Source: Bdellovibrionales bacterium
GTDB taxonomy: Bacteria; Pseudomonadota; Alphaproteobacteria; Micavibrionales; UBA2020
NCBI GenBank assembly: GCA_038247245.1
Contig: JBBRVE010000001.1
Span: 2,296 to 66,295, forward strand
Length of the DNA: 64,000 bases
Direction: 5' to 3'
Every line of letters starts with the position of its first letter. The stretch's first letter is position 1. This document shows, in pieces, positions 17,264 to 27,631 of the stretch. A program made the position numbers and the translations under genes. The notes under the pieces are model-generated. The model saw only the letters and a program-made list of their open reading frames with translations. It ran no database searches and had not been told where the DNA came from.

Positions 17264-19627
17264 CTAGGATTGTGAAATATTTTCCGCCGGCACCTGCAAT
17301 TGCAGCGGCAGCTTGCACAGAACGGACGTCCCCTGCCCCTCCACGCTGTCGATGGTGACCGTGCCGCCATGCAGCTGGACGATAGATTTCACCAGCGCCA
17401 AGCCAAGGCCGGCACCGGAGCGCCTGCCCGCTTTCTTGCTCTGGATTTTTTCAAAGGGCGTGAAGACGCGGGCAAGGTCATCGGCGGGAATACCCATGCC
17501 TGTATCGCGCACGCCAAGGTGCAGGAAAGTCCCGTGCTTTTCCGCCGACAGCGTAACGCGGCCGCCATTCGGGCTGTAATTGATCGCGTTGCTGATAAGG
17601 TTCAGCAGCACCTGTTTCACGCGGCGTTCATCCGCCGTGAAGACAAGGTTGGGTTCGTCGCAGCTGACGGAGATTTCAAGGCTCTGTTTGCGCGCCCAGT
17701 CTTCGGTCAGCGCGGCCACTTGCGTAATCAAATCCTTCGCCTTGATATCGGACGGATACAGTTTCATGTAACCCGCATCGATGGTCGACAGGTCGAGGAT
17801 ATCGTTGACGAGCGACACCAGCCGCTGCCCCGCCTCGATCATGTTGGATGTATATTCCAGCTGGCGTTCATTCAGCTTGCCGAAATATTGCTGGTTGAGC
17901 ATTTCCGCGAAACCCATGATCGCGTTCAGCGGCGTGCGCAGCTGGTACGACACGTTGGCGAGGAAGTCGGTCTTTAACCGCTCCGCCTCCTCCAGCGCCG
18001 CGTTTTTTTCCAGCAGCGCCTGTTCGACCTTGACCGTGTCGGTGATATCCGACCACGCATTCAGGATGTTGCCATCCGGCAGCGGCACCACCGAATATTC
18101 CAGCACCGTGCCGTTGTTGCGCTGCAAACGCCCCTTGCGCTGCTCGCGTTCCAGCGAATTGGACAAAATGACCTGTTTCATCTGCGGCCAGTCGGAGTCG
18201 CCAAAAAATGCCTTGGCGCGGTCGATCAGCTGAGCGATATGCGGCGTGCCGGAAAGCTCCGACGCCGGAATGTTCCAGATGCGCGCGAAGGACTGGTTGG
18301 ACAGGCGCAGGCGGCCATCTTCGCCGAAAACCGCGATGCCTTCCGCCAGGTTATCCATCGTTTCTTCCTGCACCGCGATCAAGGTATTGTAGCTGGTTTC
18401 CAGCTGCAGGCGCGATGTGACGTCTTCGACAGTGACCAGCAAGCCGCCCATCGGACGTGGCACGATCACCATGCGCTGCACGGTGCCGTCGGGCAGGTAC
18501 TGCATTTCCTCGAACGGTTCCAGCAGCGACGTGAACTTATTGACCCATGCCTGCTTGAACTGTTTGTAATCCGCCTGTTCGGGCAGGCGGCGCAGTTCGC
18601 GCATTTTTTCGATGATGTCGATCATCTTGGGCTTGGAATCGAGCCATGTGCCCGACATGCCGGTCAGTTGTTCATAGGACGAGTTATAGAATTCAAGCCG
18701 CGTTTCCGCGTCGAAAATGGCAATCGCCGTGCGCAGCTGTTCCAGCGCCTCGCGGTGCGACTGCGCCAAACGCTCATACGATGCCGACCATTCTTCTTCC
18801 TTGGTCACGTCGATGGCAACGCCCACCACGCGCTTTTCGGCGGGCAGCGGAATTTCGGTGACTTCGATCAGGCGGCGCTGGCCTTCCACGATCATATGCG
18901 CGCGCATGCTTTGCGGGCCGAGCTTCGCCAGCGCCTTTTGCGCCAGTTCGCGCTGCGTCATGTCACCCTTGCCGGTCAGCGGCAATTCTTTCTGGTCGGC
19001 GACGACGGATGCGGCCGTATCGTCAAGGATGCGGGCATAGGCCTTGTTGCACCAGGTGATATCCAGCTTGTTGTTCCGCACCCAGACGGCAAAGGGCAGC
19101 GCGTTCGCATTGGTGCGAATTTCGTTTTCGCGTTTTTCGACATTACCGATGGCTTCCACGCTGCGGAGCGCGGCATTGGCGAATTCGGTGATGTCCATCG
19201 CCCAGATGACGGAAAATATCTGCGTGCCGGAATTGGTGACGCCGCGCTTGCCAAAAATCTTCAGCGCTTTTTTGCCGCTGGCGGTATAGACGCCGATATC
19301 GAAATATTCGCCGTATTGGCGCAACCGTTCAAACAAACCCTCGATGGCGGCGGCGTCGCCGGGGGCAAGCCCGTCCTGCAAATCCTGCACGCTGTCGATT
19401 TTCTCGACGCCGATCAGCGCCGCGAAGCCGGGCGAAATCGCCTGCACGCCCGCCTGGTCCCAGCCGCAATATTCGATGGGGATGGCGCGCAAAAACGCCT
19501 CCAGCCGGTCGTTCTGGTGCAGGGCGCGTTTTTTGTCGGCGCGGTGCGGCAGCACGCTATCAAGAACGCTGTCAAAGAAGGACGGGGGTGGTCCGTCGTT
19601 GGCGGGTTTTTGTCCGGAGGCTGTCAT
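17264..19627 (-). CDS. divL: DivL-type PAS-rich histidine-kinase homologue with Tyr in place of the phospho-acceptor His
   Basis: 787 aa with multiple PAS-like segments. The H-box reads FLANVSYQLRTPLNAI (Tyr codon at 17945-17947). The HATPase motifs are intact (NLISNAINYS, GVRDTGMGIP, GAGLGLALV). Confidence 0.8.
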   Translation of the reverse strand: MTASGQKPANDGPPPSFFDSVLDSVLPHRADKKRALHQNDRLEAFLRAIPIEYCGWDQAGVQAISPGFAALIGVEKIDSVQDLQDGLAPGDAAAIEGLFERLRQYGEYFDIGVYTASGKKALKIFGKRGVTNSGTQIFSVIWAMDITEFANAALRSVEAIGNVEKRENEIRTNANALPFAVWVRNNKLDITWCNKAYARILDDTAASVVADQKELPLTGKGDMTQRELAQKALAKLGPQSMRAHMIVEGQRRLIEVTEIPLPAEKRVVGVAIDVTKEEEWSASYERLAQSHREALEQLRTAIAIFDAETRLEFYNSSYEQLTGMSGTWLDSKPKMIDIIEKMRELRRLPEQADYKQFKQAWVNKFTSLLEPFEEMQYLPDGTVQRMVIVPRPMGGLLVTVEDVTSRLQLETSYNTLIAVQEETMDNLAEGIAVFGEDGRLRLSNQSFARIWNIPASELSGTPHIAQLIDRAKAFFGDSDWPQMKQVILSNSLEREQRKGRLQRNNGTVLEYSVVPLPDGNILNAWSDITDTVKVEQALLEKNAALEEAERLKTDFLANVSYQLRTPLNAIMGFAEMLNQQYFGKLNERQLEYTSNMIEAGQRLVSLVNDILDLSTIDAGYMKLYPSDIKAKDLITQVAALTEDWARKQSLEISVSCDEPNLVFTADERRVKQVLLNLISNAINYSPNGGRVTLSAEKHGTFLHLGVRDTGMGIPADDLARVFTPFEKIQSKKAGRRSGAGLGLALVKSIVQLHGGTVTIDSVEGQGTSVLCKLPLQLQVPAENISQS

Positions 19628-19635
19628 GCCCCATG

Positions 19636-19674
19636 TTAAAACGCTTCCCTTGTCTGAAACAAGGGAAGCGTTTG
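19636..19674 (-). terminator. Strong hairpin/terminator after ahcY, immediately upstream of the divL start
   Basis: On the minus strand: caaacgcttcccttgt-ttcag-acaagggaagcgtttt, followed by aac. The stem of at least 14 bp ends about 10 nt before the divL ATG. Confidence 0.6.
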
Positions 19675-19700
19675 AAAACGCCGATAAATCGGCAGGTTAA

Positions 19701-21032
<1,332 letters not shown>

Positions 21033-21111
21033 CTATCTCCTTGTTCAAAAAATTGCGTCCTTAAAATAGGGCAATTTCGCCAAGTGTCACGCATAAAATA
21101 AGTCGTTGAAT

Positions 21112-22854
21112 TTATGGGCGAAAACGGTTCACAAGGTCGGTGATGCGGGCGGGTTCGTACTGATTCATCACCTGCCGCGCATGTTCTTCGCATTGTTCCA
21201 GCGAAAGGGCGCGGATACGCTGCTTCACGCGCGGCACGCTGGAGAAACCGACCGAAAACTCGCGGACGCCCAACCCCACCAGCAAAGCGGTGTATTTCGG
21301 GTCTGCCCCCATCTCGCCGCAGATGCTGACCGGGATGCCCATGCGTTTCGCCGCCTCGACCGTAAATTCGATCAGGCGCAACACGGCGGGGTTGAGAGGG
21401 TTATAGAGCGCCGCCACCTGGTCATTGCCGCGGTCGATGGCGACCGTGTACTGCACAAGGTCGTTGGTACCAAGCGCAAAGAAATCGGATACCGCCGCCA
21501 GCCCGTCAGCAGAAAGGGCAGCCGCCGGAATTTCGATCATGGTGCCAAGCGGCGGCATTTTATCGGGGATCGCCGCTTTTTCGTTTTTGAGGTCTTTGTA
21601 ACAGTCGCGCAAGATCGCGCGCGCCCGTTCCACTTCATCCGCCGTCGTCACCATCGGCAGCAGGATTTTGACCGGGCCGAGCGCGCCCGCGCGCAGGATG
21701 GCGCGGTACTGCGTTTTCAGCAAATGCGGCTCTTTCAGCGACAGGCGGATGGCGCGCAGGCCCAGCGCGGGGTTCGCGGCCTCCGCCAGATACTCGCCCA
21801 TCGATTTCGCCAGCTTGTCGCCGCCGATATCGAGCGTGCGGAAGGTGACGCTGTCACCCTGCATTTCGCGCACGACGCCCGCCATGGCTTCGAACTGCTC
21901 GTCCTCGCTTGGCAATGTCGCGCGGTTCATGAAGAGGAATTCGGTGCGGAACAGCCCGATGCCGCGCGCGCCCGAGGCGCGGATGGCTTCGGTTTCACGC
22001 GGAATTTCGAGGTTGGAGCGCAGGGTGATGTCCGTGCCGTCTTTGGTGACGGCAGGCTGCGTTGCGATTTCGTGCAGCGCCTCGCCGTCGCGTTGCAGCT
22101 GCGCGCGTTTTTGTTCGTATGATTTAACCGTATCGGCGGTGGGGTTGAGGATCAGCTTGCCTTCGATCCCATCCACAATCACCGTGCTGCCATGCGCGCT
22201 GCGCTCCAGAATGACAGGGTCAAGCCCCAGCACCGCCGGCAGGCCAAGGCTCCGCGCCATCACCGCCGTATGACCCGCCGCACCGCCATGCACCGTCGCC
22301 AGGCCGGCGATACGGCGGGGGTCGAGCAATGCGGCATCGGCAGGAGAAATTTCCTTGGCCAGCACAATGCCGCCGACCGGCACGGAATCAAGCGACAGGT
22401 AAGGGATGTTCAATAATGTGCGCAAGATGCGGTTGCCCACCGCCTCCACATCGTCAATCCGTGCGGCGATGTAATTGTCACGCACAGCACGGAACTGCGC
22501 GGCAAGGTCGCGCATGACCTTGTCGAGCGCCCATTCGGCGTTGATTTTATCATCGGCGATTTTTTTCAGCGCGCCACGCACAAGGCGCGAGCCGGTGATC
22601 ATGGCAAGGTGGGCGTCCAGCAGCAAATCGAGTTCCTCCGCCGCTTCTTCGGGCAGGTTTTTCGATTGTCCCTTCAGCGCGGTCAGGTCGCCGCGCACGG
22701 TTTCGACGGCGGCTTCAAAACGTTTCTGTTCGGGCGCGGTGTCTTCGACCGTCAGTTGTGGGACCTTGGGGCGGTCGAGCTGCACGATATAGGCAGGGCC
22801 CGTCGCGATGCCGTGGGAAACGCCGATACCGTTCAAGACGATTTCGGCGGCCAT
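21112..22854 (-). CDS. ptsP: Phosphoenolpyruvate-protein phosphotransferase (PTS enzyme I), 580 aa, no N-terminal GAF domain
   Basis: GIGVSHGIATGPAY..., GGAAGHTAVMARSLGLPAV (phospho-His region), GLFRTEFLF, FRTLDIGGDK, ...GTNDLVQYT...CGEMG. Confidence 0.92.
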   Translation of the reverse strand: MAAEIVLNGIGVSHGIATGPAYIVQLDRPKVPQLTVEDTAPEQKRFEAAVETVRGDLTALKGQSKNLPEEAAEELDLLLDAHLAMITGSRLVRGALKKIADDKINAEWALDKVMRDLAAQFRAVRDNYIAARIDDVEAVGNRILRTLLNIPYLSLDSVPVGGIVLAKEISPADAALLDPRRIAGLATVHGGAAGHTAVMARSLGLPAVLGLDPVILERSAHGSTVIVDGIEGKLILNPTADTVKSYEQKRAQLQRDGEALHEIATQPAVTKDGTDITLRSNLEIPRETEAIRASGARGIGLFRTEFLFMNRATLPSEDEQFEAMAGVVREMQGDSVTFRTLDIGGDKLAKSMGEYLAEAANPALGLRAIRLSLKEPHLLKTQYRAILRAGALGPVKILLPMVTTADEVERARAILRDCYKDLKNEKAAIPDKMPPLGTMIEIPAAALSADGLAAVSDFFALGTNDLVQYTVAIDRGNDQVAALYNPLNPAVLRLIEFTVEAAKRMGIPVSICGEMGADPKYTALLVGLGVREFSVGFSSVPRVKQRIRALSLEQCEEHARQVMNQYEPARITDLVNRFRP

Positions 22855-22855
22855 C

Positions 22856-23131
22856 CTATTCGTCCTCGTCGAATTTGCGTTCGACCAGCGCGGCCAGTTC
22901 GCTGACCGCCGTTTCGGCCTGCGCGCCGGCGGCGGAGATTTTGATCGCCGTGCCCTTGCTGGCCGACAGCATCAGGAGCCCCATGATCGACGATCCGCCG
23001 ACCTCCATGTCATCCTTGGCGACCTTCACATCGGCATTGAACTGTTCGACCATCTTGACGAATTTCGCCGCCGCGCGCGCATGGAGCCCGCGTTTATTGC
23101 CGATCTGCACTGTTTTTTCGGGCGCAGACAT
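22856..23131 (-). CDS. HPr/NPr phosphocarrier protein
   Basis: VQIGNKRGLHARAAAKFV (active His15 context) ...GGSSIMGLLMLSASKGT (regulatory Ser context). Confidence 0.9.
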   Translation of the reverse strand: MSAPEKTVQIGNKRGLHARAAAKFVKMVEQFNADVKVAKDDMEVGGSSIMGLLMLSASKGTAIKISAAGAQAETAVSELAALVERKFDEDE

Positions 23132-23138
23132 TGCGGGG

Positions 23139-23540
23139 TTAGCCCGTCTGCAGCAGCGCGGAGGCCGCGTTGATATATTTGCGGCCCGCTTCCTGACCCG
23201 ACAATGCCGCCTGCGACAGCGTTTCGGTCTGGCGCACGGATGCCAGCTTGATCAGCATCGGCAGGTTGATGCCCGCCAGCGCCTCGATCTTTTTATCCTG
23301 CGTGATGGAAATGGCAAGGTTCGACGGTGTGCCACCGAACATGTCGGTCAAAATCAGCACGCCCTTGCCCGCATCGACGGCGGCGACCTTGGTGATGATT
23401 TCCTGGCGCTTTTTTTCCATGTCGTCTTCAGGGCCCATGCAGACGGCTTCGATCTGCGTTTGCGGGCCGACGATATGTTCCATCACCGAAATGAATTCTT
23501 CGGCAAGACGGCCATGGGTGACGATAACGATACCGATCAT
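23139..23540 (-). CDS. PTS EIIA component, mannose/fructose family (ManX-like)
   Basis: MIGIVIVTHGRLAEEF... ...VLILTDMFGGTPSN. Confidence 0.88.
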   Translation of the reverse strand: MIGIVIVTHGRLAEEFISVMEHIVGPQTQIEAVCMGPEDDMEKKRQEIITKVAAVDAGKGVLILTDMFGGTPSNLAISITQDKKIEALAGINLPMLIKLASVRQTETLSQAALSGQEAGRKYINAASALLQTG

Positions 23541-23569
23541 GGTAAACCTTCCTTTATTAAAACGCGCGG

Positions 23570-24055
23570 CTACTTCACCACGATATTGGGGCGGTGCGCG
23601 ATTTCCATCGCCTTGAACACCTTCAGCACCGATGACGTATCGAATGCGTGCAATTTGAATTTCGGCAGCTGCACGCCCAGAATCTCGTGCGTTTCGGGGT
23701 CGGGCAGGCGCGGCACTTCGTCGCGCTTCACAAGGTCGATCACAAGGCGCAACCGCGCGGCGTTCGTGAAGGGAAAGCGCAGCAGGCCGACGCCGCGCAC
23801 CTCCATCAGCCCGCGGATGGCTTCCACGCTGTCGGCATAGATTTTATCCTGACGGCGTTCCAGCACGACCTGATCGTCGCAGATCAAAACGCCGCCGGCG
23901 TCGATCAGGCGGTAGGCGAGGTCGGATTTCCCCATGCCCGAAAGCCCGCGCAGGAACACGGCCGAATGTTCGAAATGCGCCGATTTCAGCAGCACAGCAG
24001 TGCCATGCAGCGTGACTTTTTTCGGCTCCGGCGGCGCTGATCTGGCGATACCCAA
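23570..24055 (-). CDS. hprK: HPr kinase/phosphorylase, short alphaproteobacterial form (C-terminal domain only)
   Basis: LHGTAV......VFLRGLSGMGKSDLAYRLI (P-loop) ...VLICDDQVVL...MEVRGVGLL. Confidence 0.88.
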   Translation of the reverse strand: MGIARSAPPEPKKVTLHGTAVLLKSAHFEHSAVFLRGLSGMGKSDLAYRLIDAGGVLICDDQVVLERRQDKIYADSVEAIRGLMEVRGVGLLRFPFTNAARLRLVIDLVKRDEVPRLPDPETHEILGVQLPKFKLHAFDTSSVLKVFKAMEIAHRPNIVVK

Positions 24056-24068
24056 GAGGGACTATCCT

Positions 24069-25427
24069 TTAAGCGTTGTTGATCTTCAGGGCATGCCCGA
24101 CAAGATAGAGCGAGCCTGTAATAATTATACGCTGCGGCGTGGCGAATTGGAAGGCAAGAGACTGTATCGCGCTTTCCAGATTGGGCGCAGGACGGGCATC
24201 CGCAAAGCCCGATTTCGCGAGGTAATCACACAGTTCGCCGGCCGATACCATCGGTGCGTCGATCTGGCCATCGACCGCGGTGATGGTGCGCGGCAGGCCT
24301 GCGAATTTCAGGTAAAACGTGTCAGGTTCTTTTTTGCGCTTGAAACCGGTGATGATGTGCAGCGGTTTTTCGCCGCCCCACGCCTTCGCCTGTTCGACCA
24401 GCACTTCCGCGCCGCTGTCGTTATGCGCCCCATCGACCCACAATTCCCACCCGGCGGGCAGCAGCGCGGCGAGCGTGCCTTTTTTGAGCTGCTGGAAACG
24501 CCCCTGCCATTCCACATTCTGCATGGCGCGGGAGAGAATATCGGCAGTCGCGAGGTGGCTGAAGCGGCTGGATTCGATTGCGGCAATCGCGGTGCCCGCA
24601 TTGATGACCTGATGCGCGCCGATCAGTTGCGGGCGGGGCAGCGCGCCCTTGAAAATCTTGCCGTCATAGCGGAACGTCGCGCCATGGTCGGCAATCGTCC
24701 AGTCGCGCCCCGCAAGGCTGACATCCGCGTTTTCGGATTTTGCCTTTTCAAGGAAGATATCCAGCACGCCTTCCCCGATCTGCGGCGCGATGACGACGGG
24801 GCAGCCTTGCTTGATGATGCCCGCCTTTTGCGACGCGATTTCGGGCAGGGTATCGCCCAGCAGACGCATATGGTCGAACGAAATACGCGTCAGCATGGCG
24901 ACGCTTTTTTCCACGACATTGGTTGAATCGAACATGCCGCCAAGCCCTGTTTCCAGCAGCACTGCATCCGCGCTGCTGCGCGACCACGCCAGAAAGGACA
25001 GGCAGGTGAAAAATTCAAAGAAAGACACCGGTTCATCGCGGCTGGCGGTTTCGCATTCGGCGATCAGGTCGAGCAGGTGATCGGGCTCGATCAATTTGCC
25101 CGCAATCATGATGCGTTCTTCGAACCGCACCAGATGGGGGGAGATGAATTTATGGACGGTAAGGCCGCCCGCCTCGAATATCGCCTGCAAAAATGCCAGC
25201 GACGATCCCTTGCCGTTCGTTCCAGCCACATGGAAGACGGGTGGCAGTTTCCGGTGCGGATTGCCAAGCTTTTCCAGCATGCGCAGCGTCGGCTGCAATC
25301 CGGTGGGAGCCAGCGGGATATGGCGCAGGCGGATGGCGTTGATGGCGTGTTCCAGCGCGGCGACCGGCGAATACGTCCAGTCGCTCAACAGCGGAACTTC
25401 AGGCGATACTTGTTTTTTGTCGAGCAA
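24069..25427 (-). CDS. folC: Bifunctional folylpolyglutamate synthase/dihydrofolate synthase
   Basis: FHVAGTNGKGSSLAF...SPHLVRFEERI...LLETGLGGMFDSTNV...DGAHN... Confidence 0.92.
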   Translation of the reverse strand: MLDKKQVSPEVPLLSDWTYSPVAALEHAINAIRLRHIPLAPTGLQPTLRMLEKLGNPHRKLPPVFHVAGTNGKGSSLAFLQAIFEAGGLTVHKFISPHLVRFEERIMIAGKLIEPDHLLDLIAECETASRDEPVSFFEFFTCLSFLAWSRSSADAVLLETGLGGMFDSTNVVEKSVAMLTRISFDHMRLLGDTLPEIASQKAGIIKQGCPVVIAPQIGEGVLDIFLEKAKSENADVSLAGRDWTIADHGATFRYDGKIFKGALPRPQLIGAHQVINAGTAIAAIESSRFSHLATADILSRAMQNVEWQGRFQQLKKGTLAALLPAGWELWVDGAHNDSGAEVLVEQAKAWGGEKPLHIITGFKRKKEPDTFYLKFAGLPRTITAVDGQIDAPMVSAGELCDYLAKSGFADARPAPNLESAIQSLAFQFATPQRIIITGSLYLVGHALKINNA

Positions 25428-25450
25428 GTCGGGTCACCCCTGACATCTGG

Positions 25451-26350
25451 CTATTTTTGCGTGCCGTTGGCTTTTTTACGTGCGCCCGCATCCGCCGAAC
25501 GCGGGCGGGTAAGCAGCTGGATAATCGAACCGATGCGCTGGCGCAGCTCAAAGCGCGGCACAACGATATCGACCATGCCGTGATCGCGCAGGTATTCCGC
25601 CGTCTGGAAACCGTCGGGCAGTGACGCGCGAATGGTTTCCTGAATGACGCGACGGCCCGCGAAGCCAATTTGTGCGCCGGGTTCGGCGATATGGATGTCG
25701 CCCAGCATCGCAAACGATGCCGACACGCCGCCCGTGGTGGGGTCGGTCAGCAGCACGATATAGGGCAGTTTTGCTTCCTTCACCGTTTCGACGGCGATGA
25801 CGGATCTGGGCATCTGCATCAGCGAAATCATGCCTTCCTGCATACGCGCACCGCCGGAGGCCGGGATCACGATATAGGGTGCTTTCAATTGCACAGCCAG
25901 GCGCGCGCCGGTAATGAGGCCGTCGCCGACCGCCGCACCCATGGATCCGCCCATAAAATCGAAATCGAACGCCGCAATCACGGCCTGCTGGCCGGTGATC
26001 GTGCCATGCGCCACGACAATCGCGTCCTTGCGGCCGGTTTCGCTCTGCGCGTCTTTCAGGCGGTCGACGTATTTTTTGCGGTCGCGGAATTTCAGGGGGT
26101 CGAGCACCGGCTTGGGCAGTTCGGATTCGGTATACGCGCCGTCATCGAACAGCATTTTCAGGCGATCTTTCACCGCCATACGCAGGTGGTGGCCGCAATG
26201 CTGGCAGACGTTCAGGTTCTTGACCATTTCCTGATGGTGGAGCATCGCCTCGCAACCCGGGCATTTTTGCCAGAGGTTATCGGGGACATCCTTTTTCGAG
26301 GATATCAGGGCCTTGATCTTGGGCGGGACGAAGTTTGTGATCCAGTTCAT
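25451..26350 (-). CDS. accD: Acetyl-CoA carboxylase carboxyltransferase beta subunit
   Basis: Zn-ribbon WQKCPGCEAMLHHQEMVKNLNVCQHCGHHLRM, and ...FDFDFMGGSMGAAVG...ASGGARMQEG. Confidence 0.95.
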   Translation of the reverse strand: MNWITNFVPPKIKALISSKKDVPDNLWQKCPGCEAMLHHQEMVKNLNVCQHCGHHLRMAVKDRLKMLFDDGAYTESELPKPVLDPLKFRDRKKYVDRLKDAQSETGRKDAIVVAHGTITGQQAVIAAFDFDFMGGSMGAAVGDGLITGARLAVQLKAPYIVIPASGGARMQEGMISLMQMPRSVIAVETVKEAKLPYIVLLTDPTTGGVSASFAMLGDIHIAEPGAQIGFAGRRVIQETIRASLPDGFQTAEYLRDHGMVDIVVPRFELRQRIGSIIQLLTRPRSADAGARKKANGTQK

Positions 26351-26503
26351 GCGCTTAAAACCTTACCGTTCAGAGTCGCGTTTTTAACATGGACACCCGT
26401 TTTTCGTCATTATAATAAGCAATATTATTACCATAACTTCGGCTATTATTGACATAATTGCGAAAGCGGAGTACCAATATAGGGTCTTTAAAAGAAGAGC
26501 CCT

Positions 26504-27361
26504 ATGAAAACCGCCGCGAAATTCAACGACGCAGCCACCCCCGATGTGCCCCACGGATCCGATCCGGCGGGGCTGGCGAAGCAGTTGTTCGATGAATTAT
26601 ATAAGGTGGAATTCGGCGACGGCGCCCCCGTTGATGTCGCCAAGGTAAAGCGGCTGATCGAGCAGGGCGCCGACCTGTCATACCAGCACCCCGAGCTGAA
26701 CCAGACCGCCTTCGATTTCCTGAACAGCTATCATGAAATTTCACAGCACATGATCATGCTGCCCGCCTATGTCGGGCAGGACCTGATCAAGGTGCTGAAC
26801 AGCGACGAGGAAGATGCGGATGATGTGCGCAGCATGCTGGAACACGGCGCAGACCTGAACCAGCGCGGCGACCAGGGACGCACACCGCTGATGATCGCGG
26901 CCCGCAAGGGCTATACCGAAAGCCTGACCGAAATCGTGGCGAAGGACGCCAACCTGATGCGCATCGACAATCACGGCTGGAACGCGCTGATGCATGCGGC
27001 GATGGAAGGCCATCTGGCGGCCGCGCAAGTTCTGGTGGATGCGCGGATGCCGGTCACGCTGAGGTCCACGAGCGGTTATACCGCGCTGGATGTCGCGCTT
27101 GTGGGCGGCGGGAATGAAGAACCCCTTTCCGCCGAACGCCTGCAGCTGGCGGTGCTGCTGGTGCAGAACGGCGCCAGTCTGCACCTGAAAAACGAAAAAG
27201 AGATTTCGCCGATTGAATACCTGAAACTGAACGGCGAGGAAGATGCTATAAAAACGCTGGCCGCAGCTGCCGCGCAATATAACGTCACGCTGGCGCAAAC
27301 CACCGTGATCGGCAAGGGCGTCGCCGCCCCCGCGGTTGCAAGGTTCCGCCGCGCAGGCTAA
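26504..27361 (+). CDS. Ankyrin-repeat protein
   Basis: Consecutive ANK units (GADLNQRGDQGRTPLMIAARKGYTESLTEIVAKDANLMRIDNHGWNALMHAAMEGHLAAAQVLVDA...). The C-terminus is ...GKGVAAPAVARFRRAG. Confidence 0.85.
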   Translation: MKTAAKFNDAATPDVPHGSDPAGLAKQLFDELYKVEFGDGAPVDVAKVKRLIEQGADLSYQHPELNQTAFDFLNSYHEISQHMIMLPAYVGQDLIKVLNSDEEDADDVRSMLEHGADLNQRGDQGRTPLMIAARKGYTESLTEIVAKDANLMRIDNHGWNALMHAAMEGHLAAAQVLVDARMPVTLRSTSGYTALDVALVGGGNEEPLSAERLQLAVLLVQNGASLHLKNEKEISPIEYLKLNGEEDAIKTLAAAAAQYNVTLAQTTVIGKGVAAPAVARFRRAG

Positions 27362-27370
27362 GATTTCCCC

Positions 27371-27631
27371 ATGCCCGCGAATATTTTATTCAACAAAGCC
27401 GCCCTGATGATTCCGCTGTCACCGGAAGGCATGGGCATATTGCTGCTGACCGAGCTGCGCAAGGATGCGCCCGATTTGCAAAAGGCGATGGGGTTGCTGC
27501 GCAGCGGCGCGGATACCAATATCCGCGACAAACGCGGATTTTCGGCCCTGATGTGGGCGGTGACCAAGGGCCATGACGAGATTGCGGATGCGATCATCGC
27601 GCTGTCCGAATTACCCAAGGATGAGGATTAA
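27371..27631 (+). CDS. Short ankyrin-repeat fragment protein (about 1.5 repeats); possibly a gene remnant
   Basis: LLRSGADTNIRDKRGFSALMWAVTKGHDEIADAIIA. It starts 10 nt after the preceding ankyrin gene, and its end overlaps the pyrF stop by 4 nt. Confidence 0.5.
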   Translation: MPANILFNKAALMIPLSPEGMGILLLTELRKDAPDLQKAMGLLRSGADTNIRDKRGFSALMWAVTKGHDEIADAIIALSELPKDED

